DNA from: Mustelus asterias | Taxonomy: Eukaryota | NCBI RefSeq assembly: GCF_964213995.1 | Contig: NC_135830.1 | Location: forward strand, 14,074,001-14,138,000 | DNA: 64,000 nt | Reading direction: 5' to 3' | Shown here: in pieces, positions 63,295-64,000 of the stretch | Position numbering within the stretch: position 1 is the first letter of the stretch | Layout: the number at the start of each line of letters is the position of its first letter | Notes under the pieces: generated by a model | The model's database searches: none | What the model was told of the DNA's origin: nothing | Seen by the model: the letters and a program-made list of their open reading frames with translations, nothing else | Program-made: the position numbers and the translations under genes

Positions 63295-63535
63295 CTGTGT
63301 GTGCGGAGGGGGGGGGCGGAGTTGTCTGGGTGGACTGGGGGAGACATAGATTTAACATAAGATGCAAGACATTTAGAGGGGATCTGAGGAAAGAAATGTT
63401 TCTCCTATGGAGTGGTGGGAAATGTACATGAAACTGTCTCCATATTTAAGAAGCACTCAGATGAAAACTTGAAACGCCATCAGAACTAAGGCGACGGGCT
63501 CAGTGCTGGGAAATTGGATTAGAATAGAGTATCTT
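61650..63535 (+). mobile_element. Decayed CR1 with HE1 SINE insertion (62176-62500), 243-bp tandem duplication (62574-63060) and (GT)n (63264-63303)
   Basis: RT remnants (KFADD, QRRFTRM); duplicated unit starts AATGGTAGGACACCAGG at 62574 and 62817. Confidence 0.8.
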
Positions 63536-64000
63536 AATGGACGGTGCTGAAACCACGGCCGAATTGCATCTTTCTGTCCTTGAAATCTCTGACTTTTCCA
63601 GTTTTATTCCAGCATTGGTGGATGTCTGCGTTTCCACTCCGCTCCAAGTCTCTGCCTTTAAGCTTGTACTTGTAAAATAAATTATATTTTGAACGTATAT
63701 AACTTCTCTGAGGATCATAAAATACCTCCTGAAGTGTGTTTTTCGCTGTCAGGCCTTTCAACATGTTATATTATGTATGTGCTGCCACTCAAAAATTCAT
63801 TTCACACAACACAATATATAGGCCTGTCCTGCCAGTAATATAATCCTCTTTGCACTCTTGCCAACAGACAAAGATTAATTGATCAGAACGCTGATGATAT
63901 AACCAACAGTTCGAAGCCGCAGATATGACATATAAATTCACCATAAATAATTAACATCCTTATTGTATAGCACCTGTACAATTATATTTGCAACTGCAGT

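Overview
Eukaryotic genomic DNA, almost certainly from a shark or ray (HE1-type SINEs, CR1/HER1-type LINEs with microsatellite tails, Penelope remnants, expanded GPR139-like receptors). The first ~6.3 kb is the edge of a T-cell receptor alpha/delta-type V array: two convergent, apparently non-functional leader+V segments with 23-bp RSSs, CRE/CCAAT promoters, CTCF motifs and a fused heptamer-heptamer element between them. The rest holds three intact two-exon GPR139-like class A GPCR genes, a decayed C2H2 zinc-finger gene, about 9 tRNA pseudogenes or fragments, a U1 retrocopy and many nested retroelements. There are two assembly gaps. The most striking element (minus strand, ~21463-22437) begins with the 28S rRNA sequence just upstream of the R2 target site, folds into a complete HDV-like self-cleaving ribozyme and continues into a 166-aa ORF that does not resemble R2 protein. 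It sits outside rDNA, inside an old CR1 copy. A U2-snRNA-headed short retroposon is inserted in the same way. All calls are by eye; no searches or folding programs were run, and repeat boundaries are approximate.
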